Positions 1 through 11,972 of a DNA stretch of 64,000 nucleotides are shown here, in pieces. Below the pieces are notes generated by a model. It saw only the letters and a program-made list of their open reading frames with translations. It was not told where the DNA came from and made no database searches. The position numbers were made by a program, and so were the translations under genes. Numbering within the stretch: the first letter of the stretch is position 1; each line of letters begins with the position of its first letter. Source of the stretch: Octopus bimaculoides. Its lineage: Eukaryota. Location: positions 10,011,298-10,075,297 of the forward strand of contig NC_068984.1 of the NCBI RefSeq assembly GCF_001194135.2, written 5' to 3'.

Positions 1-74
1 GCACATACCCAAGGCGCACAGAGCTGCGCTCGGTAGTGAAGTGAAAGCACGTTATAAAAATAAAACTACTGAAC

Positions 75-130
<56 letters not shown>

Positions 131-138
131 CAACAACA
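75..138. repeat. (TAA)n/(CAA)n microsatellite
   Basis: Direct trinucleotide run. Confidence 0.95.
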
Positions 139-139
139 C

Positions 140-300
140 GAAAAATACCTTAAGAATGAGAACCCAGGTTTGAAATTTCCCCCAAGACTCCTGACGAAAG
201 CTGGAGGGTATATCAGCCGAAACATTGTGTTAACAACAAACAAGATGAGGACAAATATCCGTCAAATGTAAATAATGTAAATAATGTAAACTCAAATGTA
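140..300 (+). mobile_element. Tail of hammerhead-bearing SINE-like family (same family as 59895-60340)
   Basis: aaaataccttaagaatgagaacccagg...ctgacgaaagctgg...cagccgaaac...aacaacaaacaagatgag and (aatgtaaat)n tail match 60185-60340. Confidence 0.8.
187..230 (+). ncRNA. Degenerate minimal type-I hammerhead ribozyme motif
   Basis: CTGACGA(191-197)-A-AGCTG/loop/CAGCC-GAAAC-ATT-GTGT; stem I ACTC/GTGT with one mismatch; ACGT palindrome decayed to ACAT. Confidence 0.55.
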
Positions 301-390
301 GTTCATCCTCTATGTGGTTGTTTTGTATGCTAAAAATAGCACAGAACACAAGCGTGTGTTACAAAGCCTATCAACAAATTCACCTCCAAT

Positions 391-391
391 A

Positions 392-440
<49 letters not shown>

Positions 441-486
441 ATATGTATGTGTGTGTGTGTGTGTGTGTGCGTGTGTGTGTGTGTGT
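391..486. repeat. Compound (GT)n/(AT)n microsatellite
   Basis: Direct. Confidence 0.95.
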
Positions 487-490
487 TTTA

Positions 491-722
491 AGGGCGGCGG
501 GCTGGCAGAATCGTTAGCACGCCGGGCGAAATGCCTAGCAGTTATTTCGTCTGCCGTTACGTTCTGAGTTCAAATTCAGCCGTGATCGACTTTGCCTTTC
601 ATCCTTTCGGGGTCGATTAAATAAGTACCAGTTATGCAATGGCGTCGGTGTAATCGACTTAACCTCTTTGTCTGTCCTTGTTTGTCCCCTCTACATTTAG
701 CCCCCTGTGGGCAATAAAGAAA
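491..722 (+). mobile_element. tRNA-derived SINE family A, tail type 1
   Basis: Head ggcggcgggctggcagaatcgttagcacg with B-box-like gagttcaaatt, central ctttgcctttcatcctttcggggtcgat (resembles Meta/MESC-type SINE core, not verified), tail ending aataaagaaat; over 20 copies in the window. Confidence 0.9.
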
Positions 723-959
723 TGAATTTATGTATCTTTTTTTCAAATTATGTTAATATATCTGGAAAATTTCATTTCATTAAAAAATATTCATTTCTCA
801 AAATTTCAGAAGTAAAGGTTCGCGAAATATTTGCCCTGGCCATACTTTTTTCACATTAAGTTCCTATATAATCATGATCTACTGCATCTGTAAGATAATC
901 ATAGAAAATTTCAGTAAAAGACCAGAGATTTGTTTCCTTTAACTGTAGCATTATTTATC

Positions 960-1720
960 GGTTCTTTCGGACATTTTTGTCGATAAAAGAATATTTATAT
1001 TTCTTCATGTTTCTCTCGTTTAGTTGGATTTATAACTATTGTGCATATGTTTCTTGCTATATTAAACGGGATCTTTCTTCTAGTGTGGGATGGACGATTA
1101 TATATAAGGTCTAAGTTCTTGTTAATATCTGTTTCTTTACGATATAAATCACTTGTAATAATTTCATTTTGTTTACTTGGCAGAATGCCCAAAACTTTCC
1201 GTTGTGAATGTGATTGATTCGTGGCGTATTATGTGCTCCTATTTATATTCCAAAATTTAAAAACACTCACCAGGACATCATTTTCGAGTTTCCTTTAAAT
1301 ACGTTTTTACAATTTTTAATCAAAAATAATCCCAGGACGAATATAGAATTCTTCTTTAAAAATATCATCAACAGTGTAGCGAAAATAGGGGCGACTTTTG
1401 TAACCATTGCCATCTCATTTGTTTGTATGCAATAATGATTATCAAATTAGATGTAGTTATTTTCTAGCACCAATTGCACCCCTTTTAGTATGAATTCTTT
1501 TCAAGAACTCCCCTTAAATTATTTGTAAGCATTGCCATCTCATTTGTTTGTATGCAATAGTGATTATCCCCTTAAATTATTTGTGAGCATTTTAGCTATC
1601 CAGAATTGAAGCACCTAAAACCCCTGTCTTTGTGGCATGTTTTAAATCTCAAGAAAAAAGAAACCAAAAGGAAAATCTTATATTTTAGATCAGGATGCAG
1701 AGAAGTTTAGACTTCTGTGT
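960..1720 (-). mobile_element. Degraded Penelope-like RT fragment
   Basis: Minus-strand translation gives YCIQTNEMAMVTKVAPIFATL (Q..G.AMG..AP motif) and TSDLYRKETD...RPSHTRRKIPFNIARNICTIV, homologous to the RT C-terminus at 11560-11680. Confidence 0.8.
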
Positions 1721-2395
1721 ATCATGATCTGAAATGTAAGTTTTTTTTTCTACTCTGATGACGGAGGCTCGATTTATCCAATTTGCTTCCATTACAGCCT
1801 GCATGTTATGGTGAAGTACATCTACCAACATTATGATGGATGTCCGAGCTGTTGGACTTCTAACACCTTACCTTTTCCCCTTTAATTTTTTCTCTCGTTT
1901 GTACCCTGTGTAAGTAGGATCTTTTAATATAAATATCTGTGTAGTTATACTTACATATTCATCGTCAAAAAGTTTTCAGCACTTCCTTTCTTTCTGTTTG
2001 CATGTATACATATCGTTGCAATTATGCAAAAGTGTCGCAAGTACAAAACATTGTACTACAGTTTGACAACTTTTGATCTGAAGCAGCTGGAAACACTATT
2101 GTTTGATCAACCGATAGTTTGACGAAAATCAGAAATACTTATTGAAAAAAAAAAAAAACGTTTGGCCAAATTTGGATATGCGACAGTTTAATATAATAGC
2201 AACGATATATATGTATATTGTATATTAAATTCAATCTATTATATTTAATTTCTTTATCTGTAATATTATCTCCGTATCTGCTCACCTTGATTCCTTTTAT
2301 AGTCACTCTTTACCCCGCGGAATTAGCCCCTCGAAAAAACATTGGACACAGATATTTATATTTGAATCATTTGAGCGCTACAAAGTGTTTTCTAC

Positions 2396-2403
2396 ACACA
2401 CAC

Positions 2404-2451
<48 letters not shown>

Positions 2452-2497
2452 NNNNNNNNNNNNNNNNNNNNNNNNNNNNNNNNNNNNNNNNNNNNNN
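2396..2497. repeat. (CA)n microsatellite running into N-gap (2452-2497)
   Basis: Direct. Confidence 0.95.
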
Positions 2498-2773
2498 AAG
2501 AAGAAAAGAAAATGTAGACAAGGAAGTTAGCAATTATTTATTATTAATAAATTCGTTGAGATTAATTGAAACGGCTGTAAGAAGCGAAGATGACCAACTT
2601 GTTAATAATAAGTAATCGTTAACTTCCTTATCTCCATTTTTCTTTCCTCTCTTTTAACTGGATATAAACTATATGCTTAATATATACCAATTCTTTTAAG
2701 GAATTTCATTCCCCAACAATACTAGGTATTTCCTTGGATGCAACCGTCCCTTCATGAGGGAGGGTTGCATTAT

Positions 2774-2859
2774 AAATTATAATTTAGGGTATCTAAGAGA
2801 CAGCTTTGGCTGCTATTCTCAGCGTGGTGATGTCTCTTAGATACCCTAAATTATAATTT
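2774..2859. repeat. Perfect 29-bp inverted repeat with 28-nt spacer
   Basis: 2774-2802 aaattataatttagggtatctaagagaca is the exact reverse complement of 2831-2859. Confidence 0.9.
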
Positions 2860-3147
2860 TAAATAATTATTACCTTTGATGGTTTTTATTCCCATGCTGG
2901 CCACTTGATAAAATCGATATTTTAGATATCGATCTTATCCTTATTTATATAAATTTATATATTTATTTCGTCATTATATTTACTGCGGTGGTATTCTGAC
3001 CATATCGCTCGAGGAGTTTTTTAGGCGGGCAATTTAAACTGGTCGTGTGCATACGTGCATATATATATATGTATGTATACGTTCGTATATGTAAGTATTC
3101 GTATGTTGTATATATATATACTTGTATTTATGTGCTTTTCTGTGTAT

Positions 3148-3206
3148 ATTCCACTGATGAAGGCAAAGCATTTCTTATGCAGAGCCAGAAATCCGGGATC
3201 TGGAAT
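3148..3206 (+). ncRNA. Type-I hammerhead ribozyme candidate
   Basis: Stem I ATTCCA/TGGAAT; CTGATGA 3154-3160; stem II GGC/GCC extended by GCAT/ATGC; GAAA 3188-3191; stem III ATC/GAT; AUC cleavage triplet ending 3200. One extra A on each side at the base of stem II. Confidence 0.7.
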
Positions 3207-3692
3207 TATCCNNNNNNNNNNTATATATATATATACACACATATATCCATGTAACGATACACGAGCTTTTCTGCGGATTATCTGCTCCTTTCCCCTTTTC
3301 CTCTTCTCTGGACTTTCTCCTCTTTCCAACGAAACGTCATTTCTTTTCTCATTTTTCCATCGAAAACTTTCACTTAGCGTCAATCTAATAAACTTACTGT
3401 GTCTGTCCAATTGAATTCTGTTGTCCCTTCCTGATTCACTTTTTGTTCTTCGGTTTGCCTGCATGTGTGTGTGTGTGTGTGTGCGTGTGTGCGTGTACAG
3501 ACCCTTACATATGTACATGCATGCATACATATTTAGATTAACTGTAAATACCTCATTGCTTTTAGACTGTGCATTTAACTACAAACCACTTTTTCGTCCT
3601 TTTCATTTGAAATTTAGTCAAACATGTTATGCTCCTTCTACTGATGTCTTACCAAGATATCATCCTCTCTTGATTCAATATTTTTAACGAGA

Positions 3693-4092
3693 AAGGCAGC
3701 GAGCTGGCAGAAACGTTAGCACGCCGGGCGAAATGCTTAGAGGTATTTAGTCTGTCTTTACGGTCTGAGTTCAAATTCCGCCAATCTCGACTTTGCCTTT
3801 CATCCTTTCAGGGTCGACAAATTAAGTACCAGTTACGCACTGGGGTCGATATAATCGACTTAATCCGTTTGTCTGTCCTTGTTTGTCCCCTCTGTGTGTA
3901 GCCCCTTGTGGGCAATAAAGAAATAGGTATTTCGTCTGTCTTTACGTTCTGATTTTAAATTCCACCAATCTCGACTTTGCCTTTCATCCTTTCGGGGTCG
4001 ATAAATTAAGTACCAGTTGCATACTGGGTCGATCTAATCGACTGTCCCTCTCCCCAAAATTACTGGCCTTATGCCTAGAGTACAAAAGAATA
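3693..4092 (+). mobile_element. SINE A heterodimer (tail-1 copy + 5'-truncated tail-2 copy)
   Basis: Two tandem cores; flanked by 17-bp direct repeats aatatttttaa(c/a)gagaa at 3677-3693 and 4089-4105. Confidence 0.85.
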
Positions 4093-4254
4093 TTTTTAAA
4101 GAGAAGAAACGAAAGAATTTTAAAAAGTTATAAATCATTACTTATAAGGTCCTCCAATGGAAAATATTCTGAAACATTATACCAACGTCGTTTTGAGAGA
4201 GTAAAATAACGCCAAAGCCACAGGCGGGACACGAATATTATCGTTTATTTTTTA

Positions 4255-4632
4255 TCTTCTCCTTGTTACAGCCATTTGACTGCGGCCATACTGAAGCATC
4301 GCCTTGAAGAAATTTTAATCAAATGAATCGACCCCTGTACTTATTTCTTTCAAAGCCAGGTACTTATTGTATATCGGCCTCCTTTGCCGAACCGCTACGT
4401 TACACACCATCACCGGTTGTCAAGCGTTGATGGGGGCCAGAGATAAACACACACACACACACAAACGAAGACACACACACATGTATACGACAGGCTTCTT
4501 TCAGTTTCCGTCTACCACATCCACTCACAAGGCTTTGGTCGGCCCGAGTCCATAATAGAAAACACCTGCCTGTGGTGCCACGTAGTAGAACTGGACCTGG
4601 AAGCATGTGGTTGGGAAGCAAGCTTCTTACCA
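4255..4632 (-). mobile_element. tRNA-derived SINE family B with internal microsatellite
   Basis: Reverse complement of head ggtgtggtaagaagcttgcttcccaaccacatg, body gccttgtgagtggat...gaaagaagcc, (CA)n insert and tail ...cagtcaaatg; about 20 copies. Confidence 0.9.
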
Positions 4633-5028
4633 CACAACCACGCCTGCGCCAATCATAGGTAAATGTGATGGTAAATATTTCTTTGTTTAGCTGACTTTGT
4701 AATAAGAGGAAATATAATTCATAAGCAGTGGTACACTGAGGGTTTTGGTACGAGTGGTTTAGAAAGCAGAACAGTTGAAAACTGCAAAGGTAATTACCTG
4801 GAGACTTACTAAGTTATATGTGTAGTGATATTTGCAAGATTTAGCATATTTATGCATATTTGCAAATAATATATTACTTGGAACGCGGCCACAAATTGGA
4901 AGATCGAAGAAAGAAAAACGAGCTTTCTGGTTTGAATATCTTACAATAGACAAGAAAATATCTACACAGACCCAATCAGACGATACTCTCAAATTAACTA
5001 ACTTACATTAGGTGTTTTCAACTTTTTT

Positions 5029-5029
5029 C

Positions 5030-5100
<71 letters not shown>

Positions 5101-5157
5101 GTCTATCTATCTATCTATCTATGCACACACGTATATATATATATATATATATATATA
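5029..5157. repeat. (CTAT)n plus (TA)n microsatellite before gap 5158-5640
   Basis: Direct. Confidence 0.95.
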
Positions 5158-6544
5158 NNNNNNNNNNNNNNNNNNNNNNNNNNNNNNNNNNNNNNNNNNN
5201 NNNNNNNNNNNNNNNNNNNNNNNNNNNNNNNNNNNNNNNNNNNNNNNNNNNNNNNNNNNNNNNNNNNNNNNNNNNNNNNNNNNNNNNNNNNNNNNNNNNN
5301 NNNNNNNNNNNNNNNNNNNNNNNNNNNNNNNNNNNNNNNNNNNNNNNNNNNNNNNNNNNNNNNNNNNNNNNNNNNNNNNNNNNNNNNNNNNNNNNNNNNN
5401 NNNNNNNNNNNNNNNNNNNNNNNNNNNNNNNNNNNNNNNNNNNNNNNNNNNNNNNNNNNNNNNNNNNNNNNNNNNNNNNNNNNNNNNNNNNNNNNNNNNN
5501 NNNNNNNNNNNNNNNNNNNNNNNNNNNNNNNNNNNNNNNNNNNNNNNNNNNNNNNNNNNNNNNNNNNNNNNNNNNNNNNNNNNNNNNNNNNNNNNNNNNN
5601 NNNNNNNNNNNNNNNNNNNNNNNNNNNNNNNNNNNNNNNNTCTCTCTCTTCTCCTCTGACCTTTTCTCTCGTCGTTTTTCGTTCTTCTCCTTCCACTCCC
5701 TTTAGTCAAGTAAATTACGTTGTTGTGTATAAAACTCTATAAAATTATAGACTGATGCATTCAAGACATATGTTCACCGAAATAACACGGGGTTTCCGAT
5801 TGCTTCAATTTCAAATAAATTAGTCAACACTGATTGTGTTTCTGCGTGGGTGTAAGGGACCGCTTTACGCGTCCGACTGCAAACTGGAAATATCTTGTGA
5901 CTATGGCGAAGAAGCAATTTACTACAACGAAATCTAATAACATATTATTTCCTAACTTCCAAACACTGAATGGTTACTTTCGTCTAGTTTCTCTTCTACT
6001 AAGACTACCATCTCAAGAAGCAGTAATTCTTGGAAAGTTGTTGCTAATTTACCGCTGTCAGCGTAATTACACTGGTGACATTATCGCCAACCTATTTCCT
6101 CGCGTGAATGACAAGCCTTTTCAACGTTTATTGGCAACAACAGATCAAATTTCGGTGGCTTTTGCCAAATGTAACCACTGGCAGGTGAAATGTAGAACTT
6201 GCTATAATTTACACGGCGGCAAAGCAAAAGGAAGTGCGAAATTATTCATGAGCCTAAATCTATCGTTCGATTCACAATTGCAGCCATTTTCCCCCTTTCG
6301 TTTACAGTCTTGAAAGCGCGTGGCCTAGTGGTTAGGGGGTTGCACACATGTTCCCAAAATCGCGGTTTCTTTATACTTGTACATTATATAATCCTTAAGC
6401 TTAATGTCAGTAGCCATCCCTTAGTTTATGAAAAAAATACAAAAATCCTTGTAAATGAGTAACCCTTGTAAAGAATATCTAGCTATCTGCCTGTCTGTTT
6501 GTCTGTATGTGTGTGTGTGTGTGTGTGCGTGCGTATTCCTTTAC

Positions 6545-6955
6545 TCTTTTACTTGTTTCAGTCATTTGACTGCGGCCATGCTGGAGCACCGCCTTTAGTC
6601 GAAGAAATCGACCCCAGGACTTATTCTTTGTAAGCCTAGTACTTATTCTATCAGTCTCTTTTTGCCGAAACGCTAAGTTACGGGGACGTAAACACACCAG
6701 CATCGGTTGTCAAGCGATGTTGAGATGACAAACACAGACACACAAACATATATACACACACACACACATATATAAATATATATACATATATACGACGGGC
6801 TTCTTTCAGTTTCCGTCTACCAAATCCATTCACAAGGCTTTGGTCGGCTCGAGGCTATAATAGAAGACACTTTCCCAAGGTGCCACGCAGTGGGAATGAA
6901 CCCGGAACCATGTGGTTGGTAAGCAAGCTACTTACCACACAGCCGCACCTGCGCC
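6545..6955 (-). mobile_element. SINE family B, full length
   Basis: Near-consensus copy with internal CA/TA tract. Confidence 0.9.
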
Positions 6956-7167
6956 TATGGTATGTGTGTCTGTTGTGTATGTGCGCACGCACGCACAAAG
7001 ATGCACTCGCAGTTATGGACACATCTGTGTCAAACGATCAATGGAGCTCGACGCAATCCAACATTATTACACTAAGAGGTGCCTCGGTGCAACAGAGAAG
7101 CTACTGGGTTGGGCTAAAAGAACTAAGAATCTATTCTCTGTGACGAAGACGCGAAAGATATGCAGTG

Positions 7168-7200
<33 letters not shown>

Positions 7201-7564
7201 AGATCTTGGAAGTTCTAGCGCCTAAATTTGGGATTGAAAGCTATACCAGGCCCTGAATTGGAGGCCACTGCATAGCACTAAATATTCCATAGTCACCATT
7301 TGGTGTAGGGATCTAATAATGTAAAAGCTTCGGATTTAAGGGCCCAGAACATTTCAGTTCCTTGCCAGATCCTACGAGGCGTTGATATGGATGAGATACT
7401 AGACGAAACCACATCACGGAATGAAACGCAGATTAGTGCAGCTTTGTCCTTTTCACTGATTCACCAGAACCAAAAACAGGAATAGTCGTGGAAGCGAAAT
7501 GAAATAAGCTAGCAACCATACCAAAAGTGGTACCCCATCGTGACCACAGCTTCTTGCTGAAGCA

Positions 7565-9090
7565 AATGATGATGGTTTGGCTTCGCGAACGAAGATTAAA
7601 AAGGGGCACGTCCATGTTGACTGCAAGGATGCTCGTGGATCACAAGGTGAATGTGGGACAAGCAGGTCCGGTCGCAGTGGTGGCAGTTGAAGGTCTGGTC
7701 AAGATTTTTGATGACCGTGATGTTGCGGTTCTTTCTCTTGCGCCTTTAGTCGTTATGAGTGGCCCAGCGTGTATTTTCGATGGTTGAGATAGCATGGTTG
7801 AAGGTGAGGTGCCAGGTATCACGGCTATTGTCTAGGGTGGACCATTGGCGCTGGTCAATAGGAAAGGCACCGATGGATTTCTGTGTTGCTTCTTTGGTGC
7901 CAACGTGAACTGCGGCAGGCGATGATCCTTCATCCTGGAGACGTACACTACTCTGCGTAGCTAGGACTTCACCAGCATGACCTCGATGATGGTGACCACT
8001 GCGTGTTTAAGAACTTCAGCATTGGCGACGAAGTCAATCTAGTGGATGTTGAAGATAATGCGGGGGCAGGGCTGGTGGAAGCGTTCGAGAAGTTATAGAT
8101 GTTGGCGATAAGTGAACCACAACTCTGAGCCATATTGGAAGGTAGTGAGGACTATGGCTCTGTACACGCTGATCTTGGTGTCCTTTTTCAGGTGTTTGCT
8201 GTCCCAGATGCGTTTGTACAGTCTGCCTTTGCTAGTTTGTTATCGATTTCCTTGTTAATCTTGGCATCTGACATGATATTGTATCCCAGAGAGGCGAACC
8301 GATGGACTGTTTCCCATCCAGTCTCACCAATGGTGATGTGAGAAGGTTAGTACTCTTTCTGAGGTTCAGGCTGGTGGAGTGCCACCGTCTTTTTTGGGCT
8401 GACTTCCTGCCCAAAGAGCTGGGCAGCTTCTGTGAAGCAGGAAGTGATGCGCTGTAAGGCTCTTTCTGTGTGGGCAACAAGGACAGCATCGTCGGCCAAG
8501 TGAAGGTCTAGAATCAGTTGTTTCAGGGTCTCCATGTGGGTCTGTAGTCGTTGGAAATTAAACAGGTTGTCACCAACACGGTATCTGATGCAGTGTCCGC
8601 CTTCATCCGTAAGATCCTCTGTGGCCTGCATGAGCATCATGCTGAAGAAGTTGGTGATGAGAGTCGATGCCAGGATGCAACACTGCTTCAGACCGTTGCT
8701 AATCAGGAAGGGCTGTGAAAGATCACTGCTGAGTCTGACTTGGCCATGCTGGTTTTCGTGCCGCTGGATGACTATGATCAGAAACTTTGGGGGACAATCG
8801 GGTCGCTCCACGATTCGCCACATTTTCCGATGTTCCAGCATGCGATTTCCAGTCATTTCATACCTTTTCAGGTGGGTATGTATTTTATTGCCCTTGATGT
8901 TGTTTACCAATTCAGAAGAAAGTGCACCCTCCAACTACTTCATTCAGCTGACCAGAATCTGGTAGCTTTGTCTCCGAAAGAGCAGCATTAGTAACATTTT
9001 TACTTCTCAGAAACCGAGCTATAAGTGCTATTTTGCGCTCAGGATGCCTCTTGTGGTCCTGCGTACGTTCCAAGCTATAATACTCATACT
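7565..9090 (-). mobile_element. RTE-clade (BovB-like) LINE, internally deleted and degraded
   Basis: APE start (IIAWNVR; HPERKIALIARFL..NVTNAALSETKLPDSGQLNEVVGGCTF) joined to RT (MWRIVERPDCPPKF; NGLKQCCILA; LHLADDAVLVAH), C-terminal FNCHHCDRTCLSH and 3' tail taatcttcgttcgcgaagccaaaccatcatc. Confidence 0.9.
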
Positions 9091-9157
9091 GCCCTTTGTC
9101 TTTTCATAGTATCTGCATCTGATACTATAGTGCATATTCTTTTGGCTAAAAAAAAAA

Positions 9158-9490
9158 GGGATATTAGTCCTGGTGTGTCTCGGGTGGCAAGAATCAAATG
9201 GTAGGTACTGTTTCGACTCAGTAGGTTTATAATAGATATCTGTCTCTATCTTCTTCCCGACTTTCTTTATGTGGATATCTAAAAACGGTAGTTGTTGATT
9301 GTTGTATTCTATCGTAAATTGGAGGTTTTCATTTATTCCATTTAGAAGTGTTTGGCATTCGTTGAGTTTTTCTCTACTTTCATTCCAGAGGATGAAGCAG
9401 TCATCGAGATATCATTTCCAGTTGTTTTGTATGTAGGTGGAAAAGGAGCTTCCATATTTCTCGAGTGTTCTCTGGTATAGTTTAATCTCG
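9158..9490 (-). mobile_element. Inverted duplicate of Penelope-like RT segment 11309-11641
   Basis: Reverse complement aligns end to end with only a few substitutions and one small indel. Confidence 0.9.
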
Positions 9491-10163
9491 AAGAAATCAA
9501 CAAGGAACTCAACAAACAAACACAAGACCCCCCACACAGAAACAATGCTAAAATTATGGAAAGAGGAGTGCGAAAAAGAGGAACTAAAATCCTTCCAACG
9601 ATGGGAAAAGAGCGCTAATTGGTTTTCAACTTACGAAACCAACTTCAAAAACGAACACATCTTCAACAACTCTTTCCTAAAATTAAGAAAAACAAAACCT
9701 CAATCTATCATAACTGAACAACCACCAAGAAAACCGAACATACTTCCCCCACGAAAAAGACATTTTGAACGTACCCCATACTACATAAATGCACCTACAG
9801 GGATACACTACACTATTTTAGGAACCACAATCTATATAACCCAAGCCACATAAATGCACCACGAAACACCTACAGGGATACACCACTCAATTTTAGGAAC
9901 CCAACTAAAACACACCAACAAAATCTATGCTCTAGGAACCCATCATGCAATCATAGCAAACAACAAACCCACTACAGAAGAAACAACTACCAACATAACA
10001 TACCTGAAACACTAAGACGGAACACGAGGTACAAAAACACAATACAAAATAGTACATCACTAATCCACTATAAAAATTATAACAGGGGACAGATAAACAA
10101 CACTGTCAAACCCGACCACTACAATCATTTTTTAGACCCGGTACACAGGAACAGGGATACACG

Positions 10164-11828
10164 ATGGCACCAGACATACCAGAGAAGCCACAGGTAATTA
10201 AAATAGTAAATATCTCTAATAAAGAACTAATACCCAACCAGATAAACATACTATCCAAAGGACTAAAATTTACACCAACCCCACAACGACCAAATTACCA
10301 TGAAATGAAAGATGATATTTCTGAGTTTTGTAGAAAATTAAGACTAGCCGATGAATTTTATGACAAACACATTGACGACGATTCAATAGCTAGAAATAGC
10401 AGCAACCACACCCCTACGAAAGGAAAGAATAAAGCCTTCGACCAATTCTGTGAGCACATCACCAATTACCCTTATCAACTCACAAATAAACAAAAACACA
10501 AACCAAACTTCAACAAGAGACAATGGAACGACCTTAACGAACTAAAAGAAGATAAAACCATAACAATCAAAGAGGCAGATAAAGGTAACGCAGTAGTCCT
10601 AATGAACACGAGGGACTATAAAAATCTAGTACTATCTTTATTAGGGGATGAGACATATTACGAAAAGGCCCCACACTATAACCAACATAAAATAATGAAT
10701 AATCTCAGGACATTAATTATCTCATACCGGGATGGACTCACAGACAAGGAATACGACTACATTACCAACTTTAAGAATAAATCAAGTTTATTCTACGGCA
10801 TCCCCCAAATCCACAAAAGCAGAATAATGAGCGATGCATGCAAAGGGGCTACAGACATAATTATCAAGGTCCTCTCACCTGATGACCTGAAACTAAGACC
10901 AATAATAGCAGGTCCAGCATGTGAAACCCACCGCCTCAGCAGCTTCTTGGACACTCTACTGAAACCCTTCCTAAAGCACACCAAGAGCTTTATAAGGGAT
11001 GACCTGGACATGCTAAACCACCTCCCCAAAACGGTCAATGAGAAAACACTACTCGTATCCTTCGACGTAGTCAACCTATATTCAAACATCCCCCACACTC
11101 TAGGAATAGAGGCCATCACATTCTGGTTAGTCAATTACACATATGAACTTCCCTCTCGCATTAAAAAAGAACTCATAATAGAAGGACTAAGATTTATCCT
11201 AGAAAATAATCATTTTATATTTAACAATGAATACTTCCGACAAAAATCGGGGATTGCAATGGGAACACGGACGGCGCCTTCTTTTGCGAACCTGGTAATG
11301 GGCTATCGCGAGATTAAACTATACCAGAGAACACTCGAGAAATATGGAAACTCCTTTTCCACCTACATACAAAACAACTGGAAATGATATCTCGATGACT
11401 GCTTCATCCTCTGGAATGAAAGTAGAGAAAAACTCAACGAATGCCAAACACTTCTAAATGGAATAAATGAAAACCTCCAATTTACGATAGAATACAACAA
11501 TCAACAACTACCGCTTTTAGATATCCTCATAAAGAAAGTCGGGAAGAAGATAGAGACAGACATCTATTATAAACCCACTGACTCGAAACAGTACCTACCA
11601 TTTGATTCTTGCCACCCGAGACACACCAGGACTAATATCCCATTGTGTTTAGCCAAAAGAATATGCACTATAGTATCAGATGCAGACACCCGTTATACAC
11701 GACTCCAGGAATTGAAATCCACACTCATAAACAGAAACTATCCACATCCCTTAATTGAAAATACGATCCAAAGAGTACTTAAATTAAATACACAAGAACT
11801 TATACAACCAAGTCCCAAGAAGGAATAA
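10164..11828 (+). pseudogene. PLE reverse transcriptase with nonsense codon in catalytic motif
   Basis: LSKGLKFTPTP, IKEADKGNAVV, FYGIPQIHK, LRPIIAG, VSFDVVNLYSNIP, QKSGIAMGT; TGA at 11385-11387 in WK*YLDD; frame continues to TAA at 11826-11828. Confidence 0.9.
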
Positions 11829-11972
11829 AAATTAAAAACCCTGCCTAACATCTCCACACAACAATGAGGCCTTCAACAATATACTCCACAGCACAGCTCT
11901 GCTCAAGAAAGACCCAAAGATGAACCAAATCCTCAAAACATATTAAATCATCAAAAGAGACAACCAAAATCA

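Noticed and set aside
1750-1790. CTGATGA as hammerhead core (also 15540-15570 and 42937-42985)
   Set aside because: No properly placed GAAA and no stems I/III.
5012-5709. Long ORFs here and at 16042-16809, 57728-58536, 60745-61173
   Set aside because: They consist of N-gaps and microsatellites.
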